Shown one piece after another: positions 50,538 to 64,000 of a stretch of 64,000 nucleotides of DNA. Below the pieces are notes generated by a model. The model had not been told where the DNA came from and ran no database searches. It saw nothing but the letters and a program-made list of their open reading frames with translations. The translations under genes and the position numbers were made by a program. The stretch comes from Auanema rhodensis (lineage: Eukaryota; Animalia; Nematoda). The stretch lies in contig OZ059898.1 in assembly GCA_964057225.1 (NCBI GenBank), forward strand, positions 3,844,001 through 3,908,000, written 5' to 3'. Within the stretch, counting starts at the first letter, position 1; the number at the start of each line of letters is the position of its first letter.

Positions 50538-53500
50538 TTTATCTAGAATCGTACATATAATAAGAGACTAAATATAAAACCTAAACAGCAAAAATCAATA
50601 GAAGAAATTTCAGTAACCGATTCGCCATGAATACTAAATTGGTGAACTATGTACATATTCGTTATTGCGTATTCACCATATCCTCAAAGACACGAATAAA
50701 TTTTTATTGAAACGAGCAAGAATGTCTAAATATCGGTTTTTTTTTATGATGGGTTTCAAGATTTTGTTCCATTTGAGGTTTTAGCATGCAATTCTAATTA
50801 ATGCGTTATTTATTTATATTGTGATGAGATGGATTATCAATAGATCTCTTTGCTAATCTAACTTGATAAAGACTGAGAGGCAAGAATGTTTTAGCTTATG
50901 AACTGTTAAAGTATATGAAGATTACTTCTAGATCATTAATTTATTTTCGTGCTTGTTTTAAATATGTATCTTTTTAAAACAACTTTATTAGTACCGAGTA
51001 GAACAAAGTAATTCTTTCCAGCAAATATTCTAGTAAGCAGCGTTATAACTTTAATTTTCTAGAAAAATTTTAGCTTTGAAACTGTTCTTTTTTTCTCTCA
51101 GAAGAGTTTCTAAAGTATGATCAGTTGAGATGAACTAATAAGCCCACTGCTCTATTAGTAGTTAATGCTAATTGAGGAGACCAGTTTGATCAGCAGACAA
51201 TGCTATTGATTTTTCACTTCAATATATTTCCTTATGATTAATAAGAATTCTTCTTGTTCTACAACTTTTTTTGATAAATACTTCTTAAAGGAGATTTATT
51301 CATCTTATATAGGTTTTGCTTAGTATTTGATTTTTACTTATGTAGTCCATAAAGCTTTAATTTATTATGAATGTCTGAGGTATGTTTCAATTCCTTGACG
51401 GCCGAATAGCTTTTTCTAACTGCTTTTTTTGTTTATTGATTAAGTAAATACTATGATACATCCATCTCCGCGCTGCTGCATTTCCCTCCAGAATTGGAAA
51501 AGGATCAATATTTCTCTTCTTAATCAATATGAAATTTTCAACATTATTCTTTACAAATTCTAGTATATCACTTGAATTCAGTACACAAGCTTTTTCATGA
51601 AATGAATATTATATTGTAATACGTTTTTCGTGTTTGCGTCACACTAGTACGTTAAAGTCTGCTAAGGTTAATCATAATTTGGCTTTCAAAGATTATGTGT
51701 CGGGAATTTCATCCTTTTTATTTTTGAGAAATCTATGCAGGATGCTCATTTTACATTCATAAGAACAGTTTTTTTCCTTTTTCTTCAAATAACAATAGTT
51801 TAATATTAATGCTCCTTCGAAACACAACATAGATATAGCACATTATCATTGTTTTCTAGTGTTTTGACGAAACGGATATAGTTATTTATATGATTTTCTT
51901 TTTAATTCAAATTAAGACACTATTCCGTTTATGTTTTATCAACTAAAATTTTTTGAAAGCACTGCTTAGTATGTATATCATGATTATCTATCCTTTGAAT
52001 TTTGCATTGTACACTAACATAAACAGCTGCTTGTTTCTAAATATCTATCCGTTAAGTGGCTAAAGTGAATGTCAGAAGCATTATATTGAAAATTGTGGTT
52101 ACCCAACACATTTCAATGACTTCCTTCTTTATTTCTAATTACTGCAAAAGTAACAGACCACTTTTTAGAGTAACTGTTTTACGATTTTTTTTTTCTTAGA
52201 CTTCAATTAGTATTAATTTTCATGCTATTGTATTCTGATATCAAACCTATGGTATTATTGTATTTATAAGTTTTTACATTTAGATAAGAAACTTATTTAT
52301 TACAAATTGAATTCATAGTTTTAGCTTTTTCGGTTGTATTTGCTCCATTAGGAACGTATAGTAGCCAATTGAGCCCTCTCTTCTAAATTTACATATTTAA
52401 ATCCAAAATTGAGCGCTGTATAAGCTCTTCGACGTTTAGCAGAAGATATTCATCTTCGCAGTCATCTTGCTTTATAGTAAAATATGATATAGAACTTCAT
52501 GTTTCGGCTTTAAGTTTTTTAATATTAACTACTCAATTGCATATATATTATTTGAATACTGTTTTCATTGTTTTTTTAGTTGCTTTTAACAATGGTTTAA
52601 TTTGTCTTTTAAAAATATACCAAATTGTATTTTTTATATCCCCAATCATCATATAACTCTGTGGCTATTCTGGTCGGTCTCCGTTTTTTGCTGTTGTCAG
52701 TATTTTCATATAATTAAATCAATCTTTATTTTGCCTATTGTTTGCTCTCACTAAATTGGTTGCTTCTGCTTTCTTTTGGTTAACCTCTGCTTATTATATA
52801 TAAATTTAAAATAAAACTTCCTTTGCTGAAATTTCAATTCCTGTTGAAGTTTACATATATTAATATTAAGCGAACAGTTTAAAATATAAAAAATGTATCC
52901 ATTAAAAGGAGTTACTGAAGTATTGTGCTCAAATTTATATTGTATACTATTATAATATTTCTTCTATTTTTCCAGAAAATGTCGTATTCCATATTTAATA
53001 GTATAAATTTCTAAAAAAATCTATATATGCGGTTTTTATTTTTCTCTGGTCTATTGTTTTGCGGGAATAGCAGTTGAATTCTTACTGCTTGTAATTCACC
53101 AACGTGCTTTCTGCCAGTTTTTCCTGTTCATCTATCTCTCATAATTGACTTTTACGTAATACTTATCTCGCTTTAGGTTAATATTGAAAATTGTTTTTCC
53201 TAAATATTCATTTAAGGTCTAACTACTCAAGATTTAATATTTTATCTCAAACATAAGAAATTTGAGAATAATTGGTTACAAATTTTTTAATTCTTATTTA
53301 ATTATGAAGTCTTACTATCATCATTTTGTAACTTATAAATGACTTCGAAATAATTGCAATTTGTATTTTATGTAACCAGACCTTTTGATAAAATAATTTG
53401 AACAGCTTGCATGGTTTAAATAATGTTGTAAAAGAAGTTTTGATATGAAAAAGATAAACTTCGAAACTTCAACATGATAAGGCTTTTTTTTCAATGCCTC

Positions 53501-53937
53501 CCTGACAATTTTATAAAAATTGAAAAGGATATATAATGAATATCAGCTAAATTTAATTGTATTTATTATATATCCTCTTCAATTTTTATGAAATTCTCAC
53601 TGAGTTGTCTGTGAGTCATATAATAAATAATAGCCAATCAATATTTGAATAACTTACTTAATATGAATGATTATACATTTAAAATGTTTTTCTAATCAAA
53701 TATTGATAGATTCAGATGTTTACAAGAGTTATAATTAAGTTAAGAACTTCTCATTTTATTTCTCCTCTTAAAATTATCTATATTTGAGAATAGAACTTTT
53801 ATTCTTCGCTCGTGCTTCTGCATATCCTTGCTCATGCATATTCTTTATATTTATTGCGCTTAGGTGTTGTGTTTTATCTTTAATCAAATTTATTTGTATA
53901 GATTTGTTGACTAGTATCGTCTAACAACTTCACCACT

Positions 53938-55921
53938 ATGATCGGACAACGGGGTCAGTCACCCCAGAGCCCATCGAAACATATAACGGTTCGTTAATTT
54001 TTGGTTCATAATATTCCGTAGTAATATTTTTTTTCGTATAATACTTCGCTTACTATGTATTACAACGTTCTTCTCTTGGTCTTAGCAAGTGTATTGTGTT
54101 CAATATTTTTTGTTTTATTCTTCGCTATAGAAGTAAAGATTTGAACGAAAGCAAGAAATCTTCTTTAACAATAACGCACGAGTTTTAACATAGTTGCTTA
54201 CATTTCTTACCTAAATGTTGTGTATAAAAGTAAATATTTTTACTTTCATTCATATGCTAATGCTTTGGTATTTAGAAACAACAATTGTATCAAAGTTATG
54301 ATTGTTTTTACAGGTGGTAGACGTATATGATTTAGCTGCTTCTATAGGGAAGGACTTTGAAAGACTTATCGAGCTGCATGGAAATGAATGTGTCCGTGGT
54401 ATTATGCCCAAGGTAATATTCATAAAATATGATTTGAAGTTGTATTTTAATTATATAAATTTTTTATCATGATTATCTTTTTCTATGTTGAGGTTATATC
54501 CGCCCTGGAAACACTGGAGTCATTGGCTAACAATAACGATAAAGAAAACGAAGAAATTATAACTTTGCAAAAAACTATTGATCGATTGGAACAAGAAAAA
54601 CATACTAAGCAATTACACAACACTAAATTTGAAGAGGTTAGCTCGTTTTCAACTATTCTTCCTGGTTTTTATGTTCTTAACTATATAAATATCTTAGTTA
54701 TTTGATTGTTTTAGGAATTGGAGCAGATAGAAGAAACATATAAGAAAGATATAACTGAGTTACGAGATATGGTGAAATCATTAATGAACGAAAACCGAAC
54801 TCTGTCTAGTACCGTGTCATCTCTTCCTCATGTCATAGAGAGTCCAAACTCGCAATGTAAAAAATATATTTTTATATTCTGACTTTTTTATTCTCAAGTT
54901 TTTTCATTTCAGTGAAGGAAGAAGAAGTTCGTTTGATGTTAGAGTTAAAAGATATATCAGTACGACAGAAAGATGAGATTAAAGCTCTTCAAAAAGACGT
55001 AGAGCATTATGCAGGAGAAGTTGAGCGAGTAGGTTATTTAGTTCAAAGTCAACATAAAAATGCATTAATAACATTTTTATCTTTCCTATTTTTTTCTATA
55101 ATTCCTAGTTGCAAAACGCCGTTGAAAAGCTTATTCGTCAAAACGAAGAATTGTTAAGAAAAAATCATTCACTTCAAAAGCAGGGCCGAATAATTGTTGA
55201 GGAAAGAACAGCTGTTATGAAACGGTACGAATTCTGAAAGAGCTTGATTGAGAACTAATAAATTTTTTTTTCAGTTTGGAAAAGTCGGAGGAAGCTAATA
55301 TAAACTTGGGAAAGTTATTGAAAGAAACTGATCGAACATGTCGAGATCTGCAACAAGCAAGCATGCTAGATGACGAACCACGATTTACTTTGGCCGAACT
55401 TCGAGAAGTGTTACAGGAAAAAAATGTGCTAAAAGTACGTGCTTTTTTATTTTTCAAATTATGGTTTTTAAATTAGGGACGAGTAATGGAGTTGGAAGAA
55501 GAACTAGAAACGTTTAAACCCGGCACAACTAAGAAAGATTTCGAGAAGTTAGATACTCCGTTTGTTTTTGAAATCGTAAACGGTTAATTACAATATATAT
55601 TTGTAGAACAGAACCCGAAGACGATTTTAAAACTACTAAAGAGGATTCCGAAGATCTTCCTGTGTATGGACCTTTACCCCGCGAACCCGATGAGAAATTG
55701 CATCCATGGAAATATGAAAGAAAGGATAGTGGTGTTCGCAAATTGTAAGTGAATTGATGAATTAATTTTTCAATTTAAAAATAATGGAATTAAACTTTAG
55801 CTTCCGATTCTTCAAAGATTGGGGACAACCCTCCTCTCCACGCCAACCTTCGTCAGCTCCAAACTCCCCACGCCCCATAAGATCTTTAACTTCTACAAAT
55901 TTATCGGCAGCTAATGTTTAA
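53938..55921 (+). CDS. rilp-1: RILP/RILPL family Rab effector (RH1 + RH2 domains)
   Basis: RH1: VVDVYDLAASIGKDFERLIELHG...MPKVISALETLE. RH2: PRFTLAELREVLQEKNVLK. Also PVYGPLPREPDEK and SGVRKFFRFF. Confidence 0.9.
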
Positions 55922-56006
55922 AGCCGGTATGATATTTGTATTGTATATGGTATACTGAATCTCATTTCAATGTCTCATTTCTTTCACTTTCATAAACTTA
56001 TAACTT

Positions 56007-56008
<2 letters not shown>

Positions 56009-56049
<41 letters not shown>
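56009..56049. repeat. (CT)n microsatellite in the RILP 3' region
   Basis: About 20 uninterrupted CT units. Confidence 0.95.
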
Positions 56050-56053
<4 letters not shown>

Positions 56054-57035
56054 TGTTAGTTTTCTTAGCCGTTTATCATAAGCTTTATCTTTATCACTTG
56101 TCTATTTTGTACAACTATTATATTTTTTATTCAAACATATATCAACTGAAACCATAGCTTTTTATATTAAAATCTGATTGACTTTTAGGCTATCCTAACT
56201 GGCTTTCTTATATTTCAAATAGTTATGCATTTTCTTCAGCAATGCTTCTGTCCTAGAAGAAAGATTCACCTATACTGCATGCTATATTTTTCTATTATAA
56301 TTTCTTAGCGAGGTTTATATAATTGCCATTTTCCGGTTTCTAATTATACAAGAGTCTCATATTAAACTTTTAGAGAAGGAATATTTTATTTTTCCTATTG
56401 TAATTTATTTTATAAGCATAAATTTCTGCTACTTATCCTGGGTATATTTAACATCTGGTCACTTTTGTTATTTTTTTCTTCGTCTTCAATTTGTAATGCG
56501 TTATGCTTTTTGTTTCATATTTGTGAACTATGCCATCCGCCTTATTTTAATATAATTTTATGCCTCAAGCTTTCTAGCCTTTGCATTGAATCTTTATGTG
56601 AACCATTGTTATCTGCGATATCAATTTGAAACGCTTCAGTCTTAACAAAATATAAATTTTTTCTCCGATGTGTTTGTTTTCGTCTTAAAATTTTTATTCT
56701 CAGTTTGACGATTTTCTTATTCGTATAAGCTTTCATATAATTTATAAACATAGCATTGTTAAGCTAGTAGATAAATAGGTTGTTGCAAAAATTATCAAAA
56801 ATCGTTAATACTTTCAACCCTTTCATCAATTAACGAGACATATTGTTTGAGAGTCATGTGGTCGATAAAAAATACAAGTAATAAATAAAATTACTGGAAA
56901 AATATCTCTACTTGAATTAAGTATTTTAATTCAAACTTATTTAGTTTTATTAAATGTGACAATGCTATGAACTCGGTAAAATAGATTGTTAATAATTTCT
57001 AAAACTGCAAAGCTTTTGAGTTGGTATTGTTTGGG

Positions 57036-57041
<6 letters not shown>

Positions 57042-57072
<31 letters not shown>
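57042..57072. repeat. (TA)n microsatellite
   Basis: Directly visible. Confidence 0.9.
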
Positions 57073-57075
<3 letters not shown>

Positions 57076-57534
57076 AGAATTACTCAATTTAAAAACTGAC
57101 GAAAATAATTTCTCAAAATAGAGTCAAAATTCAGTTCAGAAATTCATGAACTGTGAACAAAACTAAATTATATTCATGAAGTTCATGAATTCTTCAGTTT
57201 ATGAAGAATTTTTGACCAACTTTAATATAGAAATAGGTGATGTGCAAGAGCAGACTAGACTTCATTGTATACATCTTCTCCACTGTTCTTTAAAAACTCA
57301 TTTTACAACATTCGCTTTTACAAAATGAAGTCCATTAAATTTTGCTAATTATACTATTATTCTTTTTTTAAATGTAAAGTTGAAATGAAAAATTTCTATT
57401 AACAAGCTTAAACGTTATGTTTTAGAATTTTAACATTGAGGATATTCAAATTTATAGAAGATGCTAGGGCTCATGTCAGTTGAATTAAATTCTTATTTTT
57501 GCTAAGGGATTTTCTGAATTCAGTGTATTTTCAG

Positions 57535-59433
57535 AATATGTCTTTCTGTTGTAAATGCACGTGTACAGTTTCAAACATTCGAGAAAATATTAAAAAAACA
57601 AAATCTGCTCCCACCTACAAGTTCTCTAAACCGTAGTTTACAAGTAAAATTGGGCTTTTATTTGGAATCAGTAGGAAATTTCAAATCAACAGATATGGTA
57701 AGATTTGTAACAGAATAATTATTTGGTATCACTTATCATATCACTTTAATAGACGTTTGATGTTGATTTATATATCTACATGTCATGGCTTGATCGTCGA
57801 TTGAAACATCCTGGTCCCGATTTACTAATGATTAATGAAGACAATCGTCGAAAATCCATATGGTTATTGAAAAATTATTATTCTGTTTATATTTATCCAT
57901 TTAATAATTATTCATTTTTTTATATTTGAATAATTGTTTTTTACATATAAACAGTTTTAGGCTTCCTGATTTATACTTTGCCAATGCCAGGCATGCGACA
58001 TCTCAAAAAGTAATGCAACCAAATTTCAATTTATTCATATCACCGAAAGGCCAGGTAGCTTATTCAGCTAGATGTACTCTGACAGTTGCTTGTAGTTTGA
58101 ATTTGAGGTCATTTATTATAAAAATCGTTAAAAACATATAGATATATTACAATTCAGATATTATCCAATGGACCGTCAAATATGTTCTATAAGAACTTTG
58201 AGTTGTTAGTTTCATCCTTACACAAAATATTTGATAGCACTTGCCGATTGTAGATGCTTACATAGCAAAACAAGTCACTGTTACATGGTTCGAAGGAAAT
58301 CCTATGGCTGCAAACCCTGAAATAGCATTGCCAGAGTTTTACATCACTAAGGTTGAAAACTCTTACTGTAATGGTAGTTATCAATATGCTTTGATGCCAA
58401 ATAGTCATAAGCATGGTTATTCCATTTTCTGTGTTTTTTTTCAATATACGATGTTGTAGATGAATTTAGTTGTTTATCTGGAAATATTTATTTATCGAGG
58501 TCTATTGGATACAACTTGTTACAATCATATATTCCAACTAGTTTAATTGTAACTATTTCTTGGGTTTCATTTTGGATTGATCGTCGAGGTAATTGCAGCT
58601 TAACTAATTATTTTTGAAAATTCTTCGTTTAAAGCTGTTCCTGCACGAATAACTCTGAGCTTTACTACATTAGTTTCATTCACGACCCTGGTAGGTTTTT
58701 GTTGGCAATAATTGCGTATTTTAATGCTTAGGGTAGTGGAATGCGCATTGGATTGGCTCATGTAAGCTATGCGAAAGCGATTGATTTCTGGTATGGAAGT
58801 ACGTCGGCATCTTGCGTACTCTTTAGAAAGAGCATATGTTGCAGCTTGTTTACTATTTGTATTTATGGCCTTACTTGAATTTGCAATTGTTAATGGTTTG
58901 ATGAGACGAGCAGAAAAATATGAGATGAGATCAAAACGTTTATTAAATGATATGTATCTACGAAGTAAACTCAGTTTTCAATCTAGAATTTTAAGGGAAA
59001 TATTTTGTAGCTCAAGTTTCCTCTAATGGTCTTCTGAATAAAAAATATGTTCGGTCTCTATACATGTCAATAATCGCTTTTCTTAATTACAGTAATAAAC
59101 AGCTATAGTTATAAAAATAATTAATTAAATTTAGAAAAGTCGATTCAAAATGGAAACCTGCTAACTATGACAGAAGCTTCTGGAGAAGATATGATGGAAG
59201 AGTGCTACCACTACCGAATACGAACAAAAACTCAGGTAAATAAGAAAATATTTTTAATAAATAAAAAGATTAAAGCAGATATAAAATAATATTCATATTT
59301 TAAGATTTCTTTTCATTTTTCTCATCAAGCTTTGAAAATTGACCAGATTAGTCGATTTATTTTCCCTATTGCTTTCATTATTTTCAATGTACTTTATTGG
59401 TCGTATTATTTGATAATTCTTCGCGAATTTTAA
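57535..59433 (+). CDS. Cys-loop ligand-gated ion channel subunit, predicted anion-selective; start exon unresolved
   Basis: WLPDLYFAN; Cys loop [15 protein letters not shown]; second Cys pair; SWVSFWID; M2 PAR motif [13 protein letters not shown]; KAIDFW; [11 protein letters not shown]. Confidence 0.93.
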
Positions 59434-59937
59434 ATAAAACTTGTAATATACCGAATTTCCATCAATGTTATCCAATTGATCGTACAAAATTAGGATTAAA
59501 AATTTATATTATAGTGAATGTTTTTTTGTTAATAAATCTTTTAGATCATATTTAATATCAACAAACATACTTAAATTCATTTTTTGTCGATCTTAATCTT
59601 AAGTTCAAAAATGTATATTTTTGAATTATCAAACATAATTCAATATATAATAATTAATTTCTATAAAGATTAATCACTTGATAGAAATATTTAATATATA
59701 CTATATATGTATGTAGTATGTTGATTGATATAATATGAATAGTATATTTTTTTATTATAAAACAATATTTAATATATAAATGTATATCAATATTTATATG
59801 CAAATGTTCTTTTATTTATTTTATTAGAATGATGTATAAAATACATTAAAATGTATTTATTCACCAATTGAAGTTAAAAGAACAATTATTTTCAAAATCG
59901 AATAAAGCGAAGTAGTAACAATTCTCATATTTCAACC

Positions 59938-60307
59938 TTACGCAACCACTGGTTCATTTATGGTGAGGTCTATTTTAGTAAAACATATGTATATTAAAGT
60001 TATGGTAGTGATATCAACCGCGAAAATTGATAAAGTTAAATAAAGCGTGGAGGCCACTCTTCTTCATTGAAGAGCATATCCGCCGTAAATCGCTTATTTG
60101 CTGATATTTGTGATTCACCAAGTTCCTGAAATAATATTGAAAAGTTTTTAAAGTTTATTACAACATAATCTAATTCTGATAAAATATAAAAAATACCTTG
60201 AGAAAGCGATCAATCGGTGGTAGAGGCACACGTCGGTACAGTGAAAAACTTTCAACCTGGACAACACTGATTAACAGAAGTAGAACTAGGATCGGAACAA
60301 ATTTCAT
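59938..60307 (-). CDS. Small secreted peptide precursor-like protein
   Basis: MKFVPILVLLLLISVVQVES signal peptide; RR and KR sites; one clear GT-AG intron; 3' end uncertain. Confidence 0.55.
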
Positions 60308-61629
60308 TGTAGAAGCTTAAAACAAAATTGAAACATTTTTTATTTTGCTGTATATATACATGAGATAATTTTAAATAAAATTATTTTAAAATAAAGTAAA
60401 ATACATGCAAACAGGTAATGAAAACACAGTCATCTCCATATATGTACTTGGAAATGCATATCATTTTATAAAATAGGAAAACAATGACAAAGACAAGACA
60501 TATTAAAGTCATACTTCAAGTTTTTGTAAGTTTAAATCTATCAGAAAGGTTTTGAAACATCAAAATGTCGATAAAATAATAACAGTAACTAACGAATAAA
60601 ACAATATATGTCATTGCTCTTTGGAATGAATTCATCAAAGAGCATGAGATGTAACACGTGCAGATAGCATGGCAATAGTATTTGTCCATTAGCCATTGTC
60701 GTTGTGGGTCTCCACCCATTCCTCCGCCTTTTTCTCTACTCTTCTGAAGACTGAACAAGGCGAAAACGAGCTGATGGAGAATATGACAAAAGAAACAAAT
60801 AAAATTTATAGGAAAATGTATTCCCAACTATATGCATGTATATGCTTCAGAATATGAGTTTTCTTTTCAACAAGATTATTGCTACTCGACTCACTAACAC
60901 ACAATGGATTATTCAATATAATTTCATTCTTATTATTTCTCAAAATAATGGATTTAATAATTTCAAATCTCCGTATATACACATATACATTACACGCATG
61001 TATATCTATTCATTACATGTATATGTGTGATATTTTATATATTATAAATATTGATAAAAGATATTTATTTATTTGTAAAAATATGAAAATATCAAAAGTC
61101 AGCCAACTTCTACAAGAAGTCAACTCAAGAAAAATAATTCCCCCTTTAGTACTTATGCTTTAAGTTAGAAAGAATTGTTATGGACAGTATAAAAGAAATG
61201 TTCAGTGATTATTTATTCATGGTAACAAGGGGAAACAAAGATAGAAATTACAAAGATTTTCAAGGATGGCACTTACAACATTTTCAGTTTAAAATTTAAA
61301 CACATTTTTGTTGTATTTTTTCCAATTAATGAACAATTTTGTTTTTGAAGAAATCGGTAATATCAAATTAGTTTCTTTATCATAATATGACCAAAATCGA
61401 GAAAAAAATTTATGTTATGCAAAAGACCATCAGAATTCATTTAGAAGCTTTTCGTTGTCATAAAACAATGTTATTTTGCTTCCTTTTTTCTTCTGGAAAC
61501 CAAAAAAAAAGCCTAACAGCCAAGATGGTAAAGGAAGGTCTAACTAACTAGTCACTTTTCTAGTTCAAATTATTTTAATAAATCTCTTACAATATTAAAA
61601 AAATAAATTTTTTTTCTTTAAATTTTAGA

Positions 61630-63868
61630 ATGGGCGATAGTAATGTCTTTAATACATTCAGCTTTAATAAATGGGCTGATACAAAGAAGGAAGAAGAAAT
61701 AACAAAAGAATCTCGTCGTCGTCGAGATTTACAGGTTAGATAGAATATTATTATTCCTTTTGTTTGAAATATTTAGTAAATACAACCGATGCTTCAGTTT
61801 TATTTTATCCACAAATTGTTTTCAATTATTATCTTCACAGTTATAGATATGATATGTGATTTGAGTAGATTTAGAGAAAGCCAGACTATAATCTTGATTT
61901 CAAGAATTATACGTTTTTTTCAGTTTTGATTAAAGCAACGAAAACTTTTTGTGAAGCCTTTAAATATAATATTGCTCATATATTTTAAGTTTAAGACAAT
62001 TAGAAAAAAATAATATAAAAAAAAACTTTTTTGGTGATTTTATGCAATTTATTCACTATAAAGAAAAAAATCATTGTTACAAATTCAATAAGTTAAATGA
62101 GGTATTATTCTGAATATGTTTTACATTTAAGTTTATTTTTTCTATCCTTTTTTCCAAATGATTTGGATAAATGATTATATTTGTGAATCTTTAGTATATA
62201 TTTTTATATATTTTTGTAATTCTTAATTGATTTTAAAACGAGAATTGATTAACTTAAAACAATATATAATCCAAAATTTAATTTCGTTTTCAGTTGAAAA
62301 TATCTGAAAGTTCATCTGATATCCTACGTACCTATAAAGTAAAACTAGTGATGATAAAGAAATTTGATCTTTGTCACAAACTAAAATTGGTTCATATGAA
62401 AAATTAAAATTTAGTTTTGTTCAAAGGCTAATCATAAATAAATTCAAATAAAAGTTTTATTTAATAGAATTGACTTAGTGGAAGAAAAAAAATTAATATA
62501 TGAGAATACCGATTCTCATTTACATCAGGAACGTTCTTGATGACAAATATTGCAAATTAACACGATAGACTTTTTGAAAATGCATGAAATCTATCAGAAA
62601 TGGTAAAACAAATGCTATAGATCTTCTATATTCAACTCTCTCTCGTATTCGACATACAATTTTTTCAATTTCTCGGTTCTTTATTTTCAATGATCGTGAG
62701 CAACCGCCAAACTTCAATTTCGAAAGCTAAAAATCGTGAATAAATGAAATGAGAATTCTTTTTAGTTTCAATAAGGGGGATCACGTTAAGAAAATTGAAA
62801 TAGAATAATTTAAGAACAAATATCTGTTAGAATAGAAAATTATAATTTTCCTCAAACAATGAATAAATGAAAATGAAAAAATTTTAGATAGGAATTAAGT
62901 AATTGAAATTTGTATTGATATACTTGTATTAACATGAATGTATATATGTATATACATATTTTTGTTGAATATCACAATTAATTATTGTATATAAAGCATT
63001 ACAAACATAATTATAATGTTTGAGATGAAACGATTAAAAGAACGCTTAATACGAGAACGACAGCTACGCGAAGGTGGTGGAGCTGATGATTTAGACTTAG
63101 AAGCTTTAATTGAAGCTTTACAAAGAGGAGAGGAAATTAATGAAGGTAATTTTGATATAAAACCTTTTATGTATGCATATCTAATTATATTTTAGAAGAT
63201 ATAGGAAATTATCCAGATAGTAAGTTATATAAAGTTTTATTTGATCAAACAATTTCAAAAACTTACAAACGTATATACATGGGTGTGTTTTTGGGCAAGC
63301 AACTTAACGATTAAATTTACGGAAAAAGTTGAGATAGAATACAAGGAAGTTAAATTCGCATATAATGAATATAAACATTTTTATGTGACCTCTACAAAGA
63401 TCTATAGTTAGTTTATAAAATTAACATTGTTAAAGACGTTTGTTGAGTATATACATCGGACTTTCCTTACTATTTAATAATATATTATAATTTTTTTCTG
63501 AAATAAATTTAATATTTTCAATATTAAATGATTTATTATACTTTTAAGCTGACATGACTTTGGATGAAATCAAAAGATTAGAAGACAACAATTGTCGGAT
63601 TCAACAGGCATTTGAAACCTTTGGTAAGTGTTTAGATCAGCTATGAGTCCAATCTATTTCCTAGATGATCACTCTTGGAAATATAACCGAAGACATGTCG
63701 AAGGTGCCGGTGAACCCAAGGAAAGGTTAGTTCAATTTTTAAAAAAGAAATGGGAGAAATATGAAAAATAGTTTTAGTGCTATGAAACAGTTAGAAGCTG
63801 GAAGTTCAAACAAATTTAAAAAATCATCCATAGACTTCAAATACAACAGACTTATCACTAAAACATGA
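61630..63868 (+). CDS. Small charged, coiled-coil-like protein of unknown function (6 exons)
   Basis: MGDSNVFNTFSFNKWAD...RRRRDLQ|MKRLKERLIRERQLRE...LITKT*; exons join in frame across five introns. Confidence 0.65.
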
Positions 63869-64000
63869 AATGTTTTAAGGAATACTCCTACATACACACA
63901 TACGAATATCCATGTATGTATACATATATGAATACATTTATATATTTATGTTTATACCTATATATACATTTTCATATACTTTTCTATATGATTTAAAGTT

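Noticed and set aside
50700-53900. Hidden gene in the 3 kb gap before the RILP gene
   Set aside because: Very AT-rich with no ORFs or exon chain; consistent with divergent promoter/intergenic DNA.
62520-62717. Nested antisense ORF in the intron of the last gene
   Set aside because: Non-ATG start, no partner exons or homology evident.

Overview
AT-rich, gene-dense eukaryotic DNA from a rhabditid (Caenorhabditis-like) nematode. The PRP-8 sequence carries nematode-type residues ([16 protein letters not shown]), and nearly all genes are split by many tiny (~40-50 nt) introns. I assembled about 21 spliced genes by eye. Plus strand: a tight operon-like run of prp-8 (3' end), wdr-48, PSMD5 and AASDH; an ELF/E74-class ETS factor; two related secreted Cys-repeat proteins; a cystine-knot ligand; mcm-6; alkaline ceramidase; RILP-like; an anion-selective Cys-loop channel; one orphan. 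Minus strand: an operon-like run of txdc-9, vps-16 and an M16 peptidase; a Ly6/three-finger protein; several orphan secreted or membrane proteins. There is one MITE-like element and a good H/ACA snoRNA candidate antisense within an AASDH intron. The most striking signal is splicing. At least four short introns in conserved housekeeping genes only give the expected protein if they end in TG or CG instead of AG. These sit alongside GC donors and frequent AAG/GAG acceptors, which suggests relaxed, possibly length-defined 3' splice-site choice. Base-call error is not excluded. All exon structures are manual inferences without transcript data.
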